From contig JAYTHU010000120.1 of assembly GCA_043732305.1 (NCBI GenBank), forward strand, positions 1 through 30,937: a stretch of 30,937 bases of DNA. Reading direction: 5' to 3'. Below the pieces are notes generated by a model, which ran no database searches, was not told the DNA's origin, and saw nothing but the letters and a program-made list of their open reading frames with translations. Position numbers and translations under genes: made by a program. Positions 16,158 through 25,618 of the stretch are shown one piece after another. This DNA comes from Oligoflexia bacterium. GTDB taxonomy: Bacteria; Bdellovibrionota; Bdellovibrionia; JABDDW01. How positions within the stretch are numbered: position 1 is the stretch's first letter; every line of letters starts with the position of its first letter.

Positions 16158-18815
16158 GTGCAAGAGGACGGCAGGCCCAATCCTCAAGATTTACTTGAGG
16201 CTGTGGAAAAACTTGAGAACAGAAAAGGCCGCGGAAAACTGCGCGTCTTTCTTGGCATGTGTCCTGGAGTTGGAAAAACCTACGCCATGCTCAAAGCGGG
16301 AAAAGAACAACTCACTCGCGGCGTGGATGTTGCTATCGGTGTGGTGGAAACACACGGCCGCGCAGAAACTCAAGAACTTGTTTCAGGCCTAAGAATCATT
16401 CCTAAAAGTTCCATCAAAGAAATGGATTTGGATAACATTCTTATCCAAAGGCCATCACTCGTTTTGGTCGACGAACTCGCCCATACAAATACTGAGGGAT
16501 CGCGTCACCAGAAACGCTATCAAGATGTAGAAGAAATTCTAGACAAAGGAATCGACGTCTACACCACACTTAATATTCAGCACATTGAAAGTCGCAATGA
16601 TCAGGTCGCACAAATCACTTCAGTTCGGGTGCGCGAGACCGTACCCGATGCTTTTTTAGAACGAGCAGACCAAATAGAAGTGATCGATTTATCACCAAGA
16701 CAACTTTTGCAACGAATGGAAGAAGGCAAAGTTTATTTAGGTGATGGCGCACAAAGAGCAGCTGAAAATTTTTTTAAAGAAGAGCACCTGACGGCGCTAA
16801 GAGAATTGGCACTTAGATTTACCGCTGAAAAAGTAGATCAGGATCTTGCCTATCAGATGACCATCAAAGGTATCGAAGGTCCGTGGAACACCAATGAGAG
16901 ACTTTTAGTTGCTCTCAGTCACAGTCCATTTTCCGCCAGATTAATTAGAACAACGCGAAGAATGGCATACAACCTTGAAGCGCCGTGGATTGCACTTTAT
17001 GTCAACACAGGAGAAATCCTGAGTGATGAAGATCAAAAGATGCTCCAGAAAAATATTTCTCTGGCTAGAGAATTGGGCGCAGAAGTTGTCACACTTGCTG
17101 ATTCCGGACTTGTTCATGGTATCCAAAAGATATCTCAAGAAAAAAATGTCACTCAAATTGTTATTGGCCGTCCAAAGAGAAATTTCATTCGAGATCTTTT
17201 GCGCGGCGGAGCGTTTCTTGACCAGTTGGTCGCACAAACAAATAAAATTGATATCCATGTCATCAGGGCTGATCGTGGAACCATTTATCGACAGACAAAG
17301 ATAAAACTATACCGCTACGGAGCCGGCTGGCAAGGCTACTACAACACGGCGTGGTTTCTAGCAGCACTCACTCTCGTATCTTATATTCTTTTGCCATACG
17401 TAGGGTACAGAGCTCTGGGATCTATATTTCTGCTAGCAATTCTATTTGTAGCCGCATTCACATCTACCGGTCCAACGCTTTTTGCAGCGGTGGCGGCAGG
17501 CCTTGCATGGGATTATCTTTTCATTCCACCGCAATTTACTTTTGTCATCCACGCCCATGAGGACATCATGATGCTGGGAAGTTTCTTTGTGACGGCGGTG
17601 GTTGGCAGTTACATGACAAATAAAATTCGCAGACAAGAAACGATTTTGACAATTCGCGAAGAGTTTGCAAGAAATCTATATGAATTAGGAAGAAGTCTCG
17701 CCAATTCTAAAGACGCGAGAGAGATTCTCGATATATTAAAAGTCACAATCGACCGCCAATTCAAAGGAAAAACATTTCCTCTACTACTTAACAAAAAAGG
17801 TGAACTCGAAGCTCGAGACCCTGAACCATCTCAGGTGCCAGAACCCATCGCTCCCAAAGATTTAGCTGTGGCCGAGTGGAGTCTAGCAAATAGGAAAGCT
17901 GCGGGATGGTCAACTCAAACTCTGTCCGGATCCCAATGTGTGTGTTTTCCCATGATGGGAAATTCGGCAGCCGTTGGAGTTTTGTTATTCTACCCCGACA
18001 AATCAACAAAAGTTTTAAGTATTGAACAGGAAATTTTCTTTGAAACGGTTTTGGCTCAAGTGGCTATTGCGCTTGAGAGACTACATTTTGGCGAAGTTGC
18101 GCAAAATGCTAAACTCTATGAAGCCTCAGAAAAACTACATCAAACTTTACTCAATTCTGTTTCTCATGAATTACGCACTCCTATCACCACTATTATTGGC
18201 ACGGCAACCGCTTTAAAAGATAAGAACATTTTAGAGAACGAACCTTCACGTGAAGCGTTGACTGATGAACTTGTAAGATCAGCAATGCGTCTCGACAGTG
18301 TCGTGGAAAATCTTCTCGACATGTCCCGGATTGAAAAAGGGGCTCTGCAATTAAAGAAAGAATGGTTTGAAGCCTATGAATTGGTGAGGGAAGCGGTAAA
18401 CGATGTAAAACATGAATCGCAAGGGCGAGAAATAAAAATCTCAGGTGATTTGGGTCTTTTAATTGAGGGTGATTTCAAACTTCTCAAACATGCCATTAGC
18501 AATTTACTACAAAATGCGCTTCGCTACTCCCCTCCTACAACCGACGTGGAAATCTTGTTAAAATCCTCAGATAAAACGGCGGAGATAATAGTTAAAGATC
18601 AGGGTGCAGGAATTCCGATCGGTGAGGAAAAAAACATCTTTGAAAAATTTTACCGGCTCGCCGGCACTCCTACTGGTGGTTTAGGACTAGGACTTTCAAT
18701 TGTTAAAAATACCGCCGAACTTCACGGCGGAAGCATTTCTGTACGTGGCTCTATGTTCGAGCTCAAAATCCCAGTGAGAACTCCGCCACTTAAGCTCAAG
18801 GAAATCACCAAGTGA
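16158..18815 (+). CDS. kdpD: Sensor histidine kinase KdpD
   Basis: GKLRVFLGMCPGVGKTYAML, LVDELAHTN, Usp domain, four TMs, GAF, SHELRTP H-box, GLGLGLSI. Confidence 0.97.
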   Translation: MQEDGRPNPQDLLEAVEKLENRKGRGKLRVFLGMCPGVGKTYAMLKAGKEQLTRGVDVAIGVVETHGRAETQELVSGLRIIPKSSIKEMDLDNILIQRPSLVLVDELAHTNTEGSRHQKRYQDVEEILDKGIDVYTTLNIQHIESRNDQVAQITSVRVRETVPDAFLERADQIEVIDLSPRQLLQRMEEGKVYLGDGAQRAAENFFKEEHLTALRELALRFTAEKVDQDLAYQMTIKGIEGPWNTNERLLVALSHSPFSARLIRTTRRMAYNLEAPWIALYVNTGEILSDEDQKMLQKNISLARELGAEVVTLADSGLVHGIQKISQEKNVTQIVIGRPKRNFIRDLLRGGAFLDQLVAQTNKIDIHVIRADRGTIYRQTKIKLYRYGAGWQGYYNTAWFLAALTLVSYILLPYVGYRALGSIFLLAILFVAAFTSTGPTLFAAVAAGLAWDYLFIPPQFTFVIHAHEDIMMLGSFFVTAVVGSYMTNKIRRQETILTIREEFARNLYELGRSLANSKDAREILDILKVTIDRQFKGKTFPLLLNKKGELEARDPEPSQVPEPIAPKDLAVAEWSLANRKAAGWSTQTLSGSQCVCFPMMGNSAAVGVLLFYPDKSTKVLSIEQEIFFETVLAQVAIALERLHFGEVAQNAKLYEASEKLHQTLLNSVSHELRTPITTIIGTATALKDKNILENEPSREALTDELVRSAMRLDSVVENLLDMSRIEKGALQLKKEWFEAYELVREAVNDVKHESQGREIKISGDLGLLIEGDFKLLKHAISNLLQNALRYSPPTTDVEILLKSSDKTAEIIVKDQGAGIPIGEEKNIFEKFYRLAGTPTGGLGLGLSIVKNTAELHGGSISVRGSMFELKIPVRTPPLKLKEITK

Positions 18816-19510
18816 AATCGGAAATAAAAACCAAAATTTTGGTGATAGATGATGAAATTTCCGTTTGCCGATTTTTAAGACATAGCCTCGAGGCCAGTAA
18901 ATTTGAGGTAGTAGAAGCACACTCGGGCCAAGAAGGATTGCAAAAAACCGCTGAGGTTCATCCGCAACTGATCCTCCTAGATCACGGTCTTCCCGATATC
19001 TCGGGCCTTGAAGTGCTTAAGAAATTGCGAGCTTGGTCGAAAACCCCGGTGATTTTTTTAACCGTCAGGGACGGCGAAGAAGATAAAGTTCAAGCTCTTG
19101 ATGAAGGTGCAGATGATTATCTCACCAAACCATTTAGCGTTCCAGAACTCATCGCGCGAATAAAAGTTTCTCTGAGACACTCTCAACCAGAAAAAACGGG
19201 ATCAATATTTAAAACTGAGGAACTTGAGATTGATTATGCAGCACACTTAGTGAAAATGAATGGCAATGAGGTAAAACTCACCGCCACCGAATTTATGTTG
19301 CTCGAGTTGTTATCCAGAAACGCGGGCAAAGTTGTTCCCAATCGAAATATCCTCAAAGAAGTTTGGGGACCAAATTCTGTGGAGCATGATCACTACTTGA
19401 GAGTTTATTTTAGTCAGATAAGAAAAAAGCTCGACGCAGCAGCGCTCGGAAAAAGCCCGGATTTAATTGAAAATGAGTCAGGAGTGGGTTACAGATTAAA
19501 AGTTATTTGA
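18812..19510 (+). CDS. kdpE: Response regulator KdpE (OmpR family)
   Basis: LVIDDE, LLDHGLPD, GADDYLTKPF, EVWGP...HYLRVY, GVGYRL; overlaps the kdpD stop. Confidence 0.95.
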   Translation: MKSEIKTKILVIDDEISVCRFLRHSLEASKFEVVEAHSGQEGLQKTAEVHPQLILLDHGLPDISGLEVLKKLRAWSKTPVIFLTVRDGEEDKVQALDEGADDYLTKPFSVPELIARIKVSLRHSQPEKTGSIFKTEELEIDYAAHLVKMNGNEVKLTATEFMLLELLSRNAGKVVPNRNILKEVWGPNSVEHDHYLRVYFSQIRKKLDAAALGKSPDLIENESGVGYRLKVI

Positions 19511-19611
19511 AGCAGGCTTTTAATGTAGCTTCTCGCCTAATATGTGCCACATTGTCCACGATAGAAAAACTGTTTTATTGCTTCTCTGCTCTATGATACA
19601 CAAATGCTATT

Positions 19612-20721
19612 ATGCAAGATCCCAAGTCCTCTATAAAAGGTCGTGGTTCAGTTGAAAATATTAAAAATAGATTTGAATCCCTAGAGATCGTTTTTGATTT
19701 TAGTGAACTTCCGCCAGACGAATTTAGCGACGAATTAAATGAGGAACTTAAGCCAGGTCCAAAGACGCAATTCTTTAGGGATTCATCGAAATCAATAGTT
19801 GCATCCAATTCTAGCCCAGATATTCCTTTTGAGTTTAGTCTCAACCCTTATCGAGGCTGTGAGCACGGCTGTGCTTATTGCTACGCCAGGCCGACCCATG
19901 AGTACTTGGGAATGTCTGCAGGACTTGATTTTGAGACAAAGATCTTTGTGAAAGAAAATGCTCCAGAACTTCTGCGTGCGAAGCTCATGTCTAAAGCCTG
20001 GGAGCCCGCGGCTATCACCATGAGTGGCGTCACCGACTGTTATCAACCAGCGGAGAGAAAATTCCAATTGACTCGTCAGTGCCTAGAAGTTTTGGCCGAC
20101 TTCAAAAATCCAGCAACCATTATAACTAAAAACGCTTTAGTTTTGCGGGATATAGATATTTTTAAAAAAATGAATGAGTACCAGGGCATTTTGGTTTGCA
20201 TCTCAGTGACTAGTTTGGATTCAGAACTTTGCAGCGAATTAGAACCACGCACTTCGCGCCCTCAAGCTCGAATCCGCGTGATAGAAGAATTATCCCGTGC
20301 AGGAATTCCCGTCATGGCCCTTCTTGCTCCCATGATTCCCGGATTGAATGATCACGAGATGCCGCAGATTTTGAAAGCTATATCTCAAGCTGGCGCCAAG
20401 CACGCAGGTTACGTGCCTCTGCGATTGCCGCTGGCAGTGGCTCCACTTTTCAGTCAGTGGTTAGAACTTCATTGTCCAGATCGCAAAGAAAAAGTGCTGA
20501 ATCACATAAGAGACATGCGCGGTGGTCTTCTCAACAGCGCAAAATTTGGTGAGCGCATGAGCGGCCAAGGTCCATTCGCCGAAAACCTTCGACAAATGTT
20601 TAGGGTCTATTGCTCTCGCCTCAGCTTAAACAAAAATGAAATTCATTTATCAACTAAACATTTCACACGACCGGAAATTCTAAAGCCGATTTCGCCGGAG
20701 CCACAATTGTCATTTTTCTAA
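19612..20721 (+). CDS. PA0069/Rv2578c-family (SplB-like) radical SAM protein
   Basis: SLNPYRGCEHGCAYCYARPTHEYLG (CxxxCxxC), TDCYQPAER, LEPRTS, APMIPGLND. Confidence 0.93.
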   Translation: MQDPKSSIKGRGSVENIKNRFESLEIVFDFSELPPDEFSDELNEELKPGPKTQFFRDSSKSIVASNSSPDIPFEFSLNPYRGCEHGCAYCYARPTHEYLGMSAGLDFETKIFVKENAPELLRAKLMSKAWEPAAITMSGVTDCYQPAERKFQLTRQCLEVLADFKNPATIITKNALVLRDIDIFKKMNEYQGILVCISVTSLDSELCSELEPRTSRPQARIRVIEELSRAGIPVMALLAPMIPGLNDHEMPQILKAISQAGAKHAGYVPLRLPLAVAPLFSQWLELHCPDRKEKVLNHIRDMRGGLLNSAKFGERMSGQGPFAENLRQMFRVYCSRLSLNKNEIHLSTKHFTRPEILKPISPEPQLSFF

Positions 20722-20903
20722 TTTCAAACATCTTCTAAATTTAAATTATTTCGATTTAATTTTTTTTTGATCGCAAGATTAAATTTGTTTTCAGGGGGAA
20801 AACTTAATGGAAGAACTAATCTAGATCACTCTATTTGACGGCAAGGCTTCTCAAGTTTGAAGACAATGGCACCTATTCGATTGTTGAACTTGGATCAATG
20901 AAT

Positions 20904-21344
20904 TCACAAAGTTTTGAACATGATTTTGTGAGAGCCAACCGTGGGGATATCAAAAAGATCTCCCATGACCTTAAATCCTAATTTCTCGTAAAAAATCTCA
21001 GCACTCACCCGGGCATTGAACCAGAGAAGATCACAGTGGCGTTTTTCTAGTTCAAGCATCCCGGCCGCGATTAGCATTCGGCCGAGACCTGTGCCCTGTT
21101 GAGCACCGTCAGTAGCCATCCCACGAAGACGGTACGGCATAACTGCGTTTGGGAAAAACTCATGGCCTTGTTGGAAGAAAGTGCCGTTGCAAACAAGTTT
21201 TGCATTATCGAAAACACCCAGGTGAAAACATGACGGAGAGTCATCATCAGGAAAATGACAATCCGTCACAGACAAACCAGGACGCAAAATACGCGAGCGC
21301 AAATCAATGGTCTCGCGACTAGTGATCAGCTTAGCTTCGCGCAA
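20904..21344 (-). CDS. GNAT family N-acetyltransferase
   Basis: LRSRILRPG, YRLRGMAT..QQGTGLG, WFNARVSAEIFYEKLGF. Confidence 0.92.
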   Translation of the reverse strand: MREAKLITSRETIDLRSRILRPGLSVTDCHFPDDDSPSCFHLGVFDNAKLVCNGTFFQQGHEFFPNAVMPYRLRGMATDGAQQGTGLGRMLIAAGMLELEKRHCDLLWFNARVSAEIFYEKLGFKVMGDLFDIPTVGSHKIMFKTL

Positions 21345-21347
21345 AAT

Positions 21348-21599
21348 CTACTCTTTGGTTTTCAATCTATCGCTGTTGTCTTCAATGAATTTTTTAATAT
21401 CATCGGTGATGGTCAAAAGTTTGAGCCACTGTTCTTTGTAGAGAGTGACAGGAAAACGTCCCATCCCGTATACAGAAAGGGCTCCTTTTTCGCTGACTTT
21501 CATGGAAAGAATTCCGCGCGCAGGCGCCTTGGCTTTTAGTTCTTCGTTTTCGGCTCTTAATCTATCTAATTCTGCTTTCATATCATCTGACGGGGACAT
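21348..21599 (-). CDS. Conserved small hypothetical protein (coiled coil + KVSEKGALSVYGMGRFPVTLYKEQW)
   Basis: GAGG RBS, protein-like composition, motif recognisable from widespread unannotated proteins. Confidence 0.85.
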   Translation of the reverse strand: MSPSDDMKAELDRLRAENEELKAKAPARGILSMKVSEKGALSVYGMGRFPVTLYKEQWLKLLTITDDIKKFIEDNSDRLKTKE

Positions 21600-21687
21600 C
21601 GTAGCCTCACTCTCATTTATGTGTTAAAACTGAGGAAAGATAACATGATTTTTGAAAAAACAGCCACAAATATGAATTAGAGGTCGC

Positions 21688-22431
21688 ATGCTCTACGGTA
21701 ATCAATCAATTTCTCAATACAGTAAAAGCAATGTGGCAATTTGGATGATGATGGCCTTTCAAGCCGGCGTGTTAAATATTGGTGGTTTCCTGGCGTGTCA
21801 TAGATTTGTTTCACATGTGACTGGGTTCGCGACATTCTTTGGTTATGAGGTCAATCAACCTGGAAGTCAGCATCCATTTCAGATGTTAGTTGTGCCATTG
21901 TTCTTTTTAATTGGCAGCATGCTCAGTGGAATTTTAGTTGATCTCCGACTCAATCTACATAAAAAGCCCCGGTACTTTGTCACCTTCGGCCTTATTTTTG
22001 CACTCTTGTTGGCGGTGTACATTGGTGGAGTATCAGGAATTTTTGGAGTGTTCGGTGAGCCGCTCGAACTGACAAGAAATTATATTTTGCTGGTTCTTCT
22101 TTGCTTCACCTGCGGAATCCAAAATGGAACGATCACCACCGTTTCACGTTCGGTCGTTCGCACCACTCATCTCACCGGAATTACTACTGACCTGGGATTA
22201 GGAATCATTCGCCTGCTCAACCGCGGTAAAACAGGAAATGAAAATCCCAATGAAGGACGAGCCAACTTGATGCGAGTCGGAATTATTTTCTTTTTTGTTT
22301 CGGGATCAGTGGTTGGTGGATTCGCATTTAAAAACCGAGGATACGAGGCATTCTTACTTCCCGCGATGACTTCCGGACTTTTATTTTCATTGATGATTTA
22401 CTATCAATTCCGAAAACACGTGGTGTCATGA
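21688..22431 (+). CDS. YoaK/DUF1275 family membrane protein
   Basis: AFQAGVLN, FVSHVTG, GIQNG, VRTTHLTGITTDLG. Confidence 0.9.
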   Translation: MLYGNQSISQYSKSNVAIWMMMAFQAGVLNIGGFLACHRFVSHVTGFATFFGYEVNQPGSQHPFQMLVVPLFFLIGSMLSGILVDLRLNLHKKPRYFVTFGLIFALLLAVYIGGVSGIFGVFGEPLELTRNYILLVLLCFTCGIQNGTITTVSRSVVRTTHLTGITTDLGLGIIRLLNRGKTGNENPNEGRANLMRVGIIFFFVSGSVVGGFAFKNRGYEAFLLPAMTSGLLFSLMIYYQFRKHVVS

Positions 22432-22952
22432 TCATTGATGATTCCCACGGCTTGCATGAATGCGTAGCAGATAGTTGCGCCAATAAACTTAAAGCCACGT
22501 TTCTTTAGATCTTTAGACATCGCTTCGCTGATGGCGAGGCCGCCGTGCTTTTTTAAACCTTTGTTTTTGAGAATTTTCCCCTCAGTGAAACTCCAAATAT
22601 ACTTGTCAAATGTGCCAAACTCTTTTTTCACTTCCAAATAAGCTTTAGCATTTGCCACTACGGCTGCAATCTTCAAACGATTGCGAACGATGCCTTGGTT
22701 TTTCATCAATGCAGCTTTCTTACGAGGAACATTTTTAATGATTTTCGCCGCATCAAAGTTTTCAAACGCCTTCTTGTAGCCCGCCCGTTTTCTCAAAATC
22801 GTCAGCCAGCTGAGACCGGCTTGAGCTCCCTCGAGATTGATCATTTCAAAAAGCAATCTGTCATTGTGAACAGGCACTCCCCATTCTTCATCGTGATATT
22901 TATGAAAGATCTCTTGAGTATCAGCCCACGCGCAACGTGTTTGTTTTTTCAT
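22404..22952 (-). CDS. tag: DNA-3-methyladenine glycosylase I
   Basis: RCAW, YHDEEWG, LEGAQAGLSW, IVRNRLKI, FMQAVGIINDH...C. Confidence 0.96.
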   Translation of the reverse strand: MKKQTRCAWADTQEIFHKYHDEEWGVPVHNDRLLFEMINLEGAQAGLSWLTILRKRAGYKKAFENFDAAKIIKNVPRKKAALMKNQGIVRNRLKIAAVVANAKAYLEVKKEFGTFDKYIWSFTEGKILKNKGLKKHGGLAISEAMSKDLKKRGFKFIGATICYAFMQAVGIINDHDTTCFRN

Positions 22953-22982
22953 TTTGCACCCAATTAAATTTCAGAAAGCGTT

Positions 22983-23379
22983 TTAAACAAACTGCGGTGA
23001 TGAATTTACGCTCACGGTATAATCCCCGTTCATACAAATATGAACATTTCCTAACTTTCTGGAGGGATTAGTAACTCCTCCGATTTTCTTTTCTAACTCG
23101 GATCTTTCACCGAGAACTTGAGTAGGTGCAAACAGAATATCTGGAGAACCTTTTGAATCAAGAAATAATTTTGCATTCGCGGCGATCAAACTTGGTTCTC
23201 ATAAAAAGAATCTTCTCCCGACTGTAACTCTCATTCTCTTTGTAGAGTAAAAGGACATGGGGTTGTGATTCATCTCCTTCTAAGCAATGCACAGCGGCTA
23301 ACAGAGTCTTAGCGCCAAAAACCGAAGCCAAAGTCAAAAAAATTATGCTTAAAAGAATTGAGTTTAGAATAATTCTCAC
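22983..23379 (-). pseudogene. Possibly frameshifted secreted hypothetical protein (ORFs 23158..23379 + 22983..23189)
   Basis: First ORF has a signal peptide; deleting one T at about 23188-23190 joins the two as ...RTKLIAANAKLF... Confidence 0.35.
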
Positions 23380-23423
23380 CGTGAAACTCCCCGGGAGGTA
23401 AAATGACGCGCAATAACTACTTG

Positions 23424-23442
23424 TTATTAGAACCGCTAATAA
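23424..23442. promoter_or_regulatory. Inverted repeat TTATTAG-N5-CTAATAA, candidate operator
   Basis: Perfect 7-5-7 dyad 17 nt before the carbonic anhydrase start, in a divergent intergenic gap. Confidence 0.35.
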
Positions 23443-23459
23443 GGTAATAGCAAGGGACG

Positions 23460-24125
23460 ATGAAAAAACTAGTTAAGGGCATCATTGATTTTAGAAACAA
23501 AGCGCAACCAAGCTTTCGTGAAACATTCGCGAAGTTAGCACTGGGGCAGTCGCCCGATGCTCTCTACATAGGATGTTCGGATAGCCGAGTGGCGGTGAAT
23601 GTTTTTGCTTCGACAGAACCCGGAGATCTTTTTGTTGTCCGCAATGTGGGTAATCTCATTCCGCCCTGTGGTGAAAACGGAATGTCCGCCGCCGATGAAT
23701 CCGAGGCTGCAGCCATCGAATTTGCACTCAACACTTTGAAAGTTTCAAGCGTCATTCTCTGTGGTCATTCCGAGTGCGGCGCCATGCAGGCTTTACTAAG
23801 CGGGCGCAGCAGTGTTGATTCTCCAAATCTAAAAGCTTGGCTCAGGCATGGCGAAGCTTCCATACCAGAGCTTATTTCGAAACCTAATTTTGCATCGCAC
23901 ATTGCACCACACAATCGACTTTCTCAATTGAACGTGCTCAAGCAAATTGAAAACTTAAAAACTTATCCGATTGTGCAGGAACGTCTCAAAGCCGGAAATC
24001 TCAATATTTTTGCTTGGTGGTTTGAAGTTTCACGCGCCGAAGTCATGAACTACAACGAAATTGATGGTTGCTTTGTTCCACTTGATGAAGCCGAAGCAAA
24101 GCGAATTTCCGATAAATTAAATTGA
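23460..24125 (+). CDS. Beta-class carbonic anhydrase
   Basis: GQSP, CSDSR, PGDLFVVRNVGN, CGHSECGAM zinc ligands. Confidence 0.96.
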   Translation: MKKLVKGIIDFRNKAQPSFRETFAKLALGQSPDALYIGCSDSRVAVNVFASTEPGDLFVVRNVGNLIPPCGENGMSAADESEAAAIEFALNTLKVSSVILCGHSECGAMQALLSGRSSVDSPNLKAWLRHGEASIPELISKPNFASHIAPHNRLSQLNVLKQIENLKTYPIVQERLKAGNLNIFAWWFEVSRAEVMNYNEIDGCFVPLDEAEAKRISDKLN

Positions 24126-24174
24126 CTCTCTCCCCTGCCCAACGTATTTTTTCTCATCAAATAAGGGGGAACAA

Positions 24175-24729
24175 ATGATTCAAAAACGATTTTCCGCGAC
24201 AGCTTCCACAGCAATTTCTGCTATTTTATTTCTCGCTATCACACTCACGATCTCTTCCGGTCAAGCGAAAGACATGACCAGTCGATTGGGCGTTGGTTAT
24301 TCCAATAGCTTCAGCGTTGGAAACATGCCTAGTTTAGCCGTGAAATATTACTCAAGTAACGACCTCGCCATTTCGGCTGCCCTTGGCGTTGACACCAACA
24401 CCACAAATTCTTCCAGTAGTGGAAACTCCGCTTTTGGTTTTGGAGCAAAAATCTACAAAACTATTTTTCCTGAAGACAACATGAATTTCTACATGGGCGG
24501 CGGAGCGGGTCTCGTGAGCACAAGCACCAACCCAACTGGCATAAGTTCTACCACCAGCTCTGGATTTGAACTTTCCGGATTTGTGGGTGTGGAATTTTTT
24601 GTCCCAGGTCTCGACAGCATGGGTTTCAACTTTCAAGCTGGCGTAGGCGTCACTTCTGCCTCCGGTGGAGTTCGATTTAGAACTATCGGAGAAACTCCCT
24701 TAACCGCTGGAATGTACTTCTATTTTTGA
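24175..24729 (+). CDS. Small outer-membrane beta-barrel protein
   Basis: Signal peptide ending GQA-K, Gly/aromatic-rich strands, C-terminal YFYF BAM signal. Confidence 0.8.
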   Translation: MIQKRFSATASTAISAILFLAITLTISSGQAKDMTSRLGVGYSNSFSVGNMPSLAVKYYSSNDLAISAALGVDTNTTNSSSSGNSAFGFGAKIYKTIFPEDNMNFYMGGGAGLVSTSTNPTGISSTTSSGFELSGFVGVEFFVPGLDSMGFNFQAGVGVTSASGGVRFRTIGETPLTAGMYFYF

Positions 24730-24847
24730 GTAATGTTTAGGCAACTGATCAAGCTTGTGACAAAGCTTGGTGTTGTCGATGGGCCTAATGCTTTAAAGCT
24801 GGCTTAGGCTTTGCTTATTTATGATAATGGGAGCGAGGGGTTACCAA

Positions 24848-25618
24848 GTGAAATCTAAAATCATTATAGCGCTGTTCGCGATCGTCTTTTTATTGCCTAC
24901 TGGGAAAGCTCGAGCAGCTGGTGGTTTTGTTGAGGACTCGCCTTCTCTCGAAGAAAGTACGGATTCTAACTTTGATCCTTTCAGTGATTATTCTGAGTTT
25001 GAAGAAAATAGTGAAGAAGAATCAGACACAAACTTTTTTCACAATGGTCGATTCTTTTCAATCGCGCTTGCCGTGGGTTATGAATCTTTCACAAATGTCC
25101 TTGGTCAACTATATCAGCCAGGTATCAGCTACGGCGTGAATCTCACTTATTTCTTCGATTTAAAATTTGGGTTTCAAGTGGGCTACATGGCGGGATCGCA
25201 CACTGAATCTATCGTTCAAACGGTGGCTGCTTCGTCCACGTCAAATATGTATTCAGGAAGTCTTTCGCTCCAGCATTTTGAGTTCGATGGAAAATATTTT
25301 TTCAATACACAAAATGTGACCAAAGGTTTAGGCGCGTTCAATCCCTATTTGATTGGTGGAATGTCCTATTACACACGCACACAATCTTTTGTGACCGCCA
25401 ACGTTTACACTCAAGATTCTGAAATTGGTGTTCAAGGCGGACTAGGATTAGAAATCCCATTCTCAAAAAATAAAATGTATTTTGGAGCACAAATTCTCTA
25501 CAGCATTATCAATTTCCCTGACAAGGGAAACCCCATCATCATCAATGGTGTACCTACCGCCATCTATCCTACCGGCGACGACATCACTCTCAACATGATG
25601 CTCGGAATTAATTTTTAA
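24848..25618 (+). CDS. Outer-membrane beta-barrel protein with acidic N-terminal segment
   Basis: GTG 24848 after GAGGGG; signal peptide ending ARA-A; FNPYLIGG, GGLGLEIP strands; terminal Phe. Confidence 0.8.
   Translation: MKSKIIIALFAIVFLLPTGKARAAGGFVEDSPSLEESTDSNFDPFSDYSEFEENSEEESDTNFFHNGRFFSIALAVGYESFTNVLGQLYQPGISYGVNLTYFFDLKFGFQVGYMAGSHTESIVQTVAASSTSNMYSGSLSLQHFEFDGKYFFNTQNVTKGLGAFNPYLIGGMSYYTRTQSFVTANVYTQDSEIGVQGGLGLEIPFSKNKMYFGAQILYSIINFPDKGNPIIINGVPTAIYPTGDDITLNMMLGINF

Noticed and set aside
18244..18255. parS-like CTTCACGTGAAG
   Set aside because: Inside kdpD coding sequence and lacks the outer TGT/ACA bases; likely chance.
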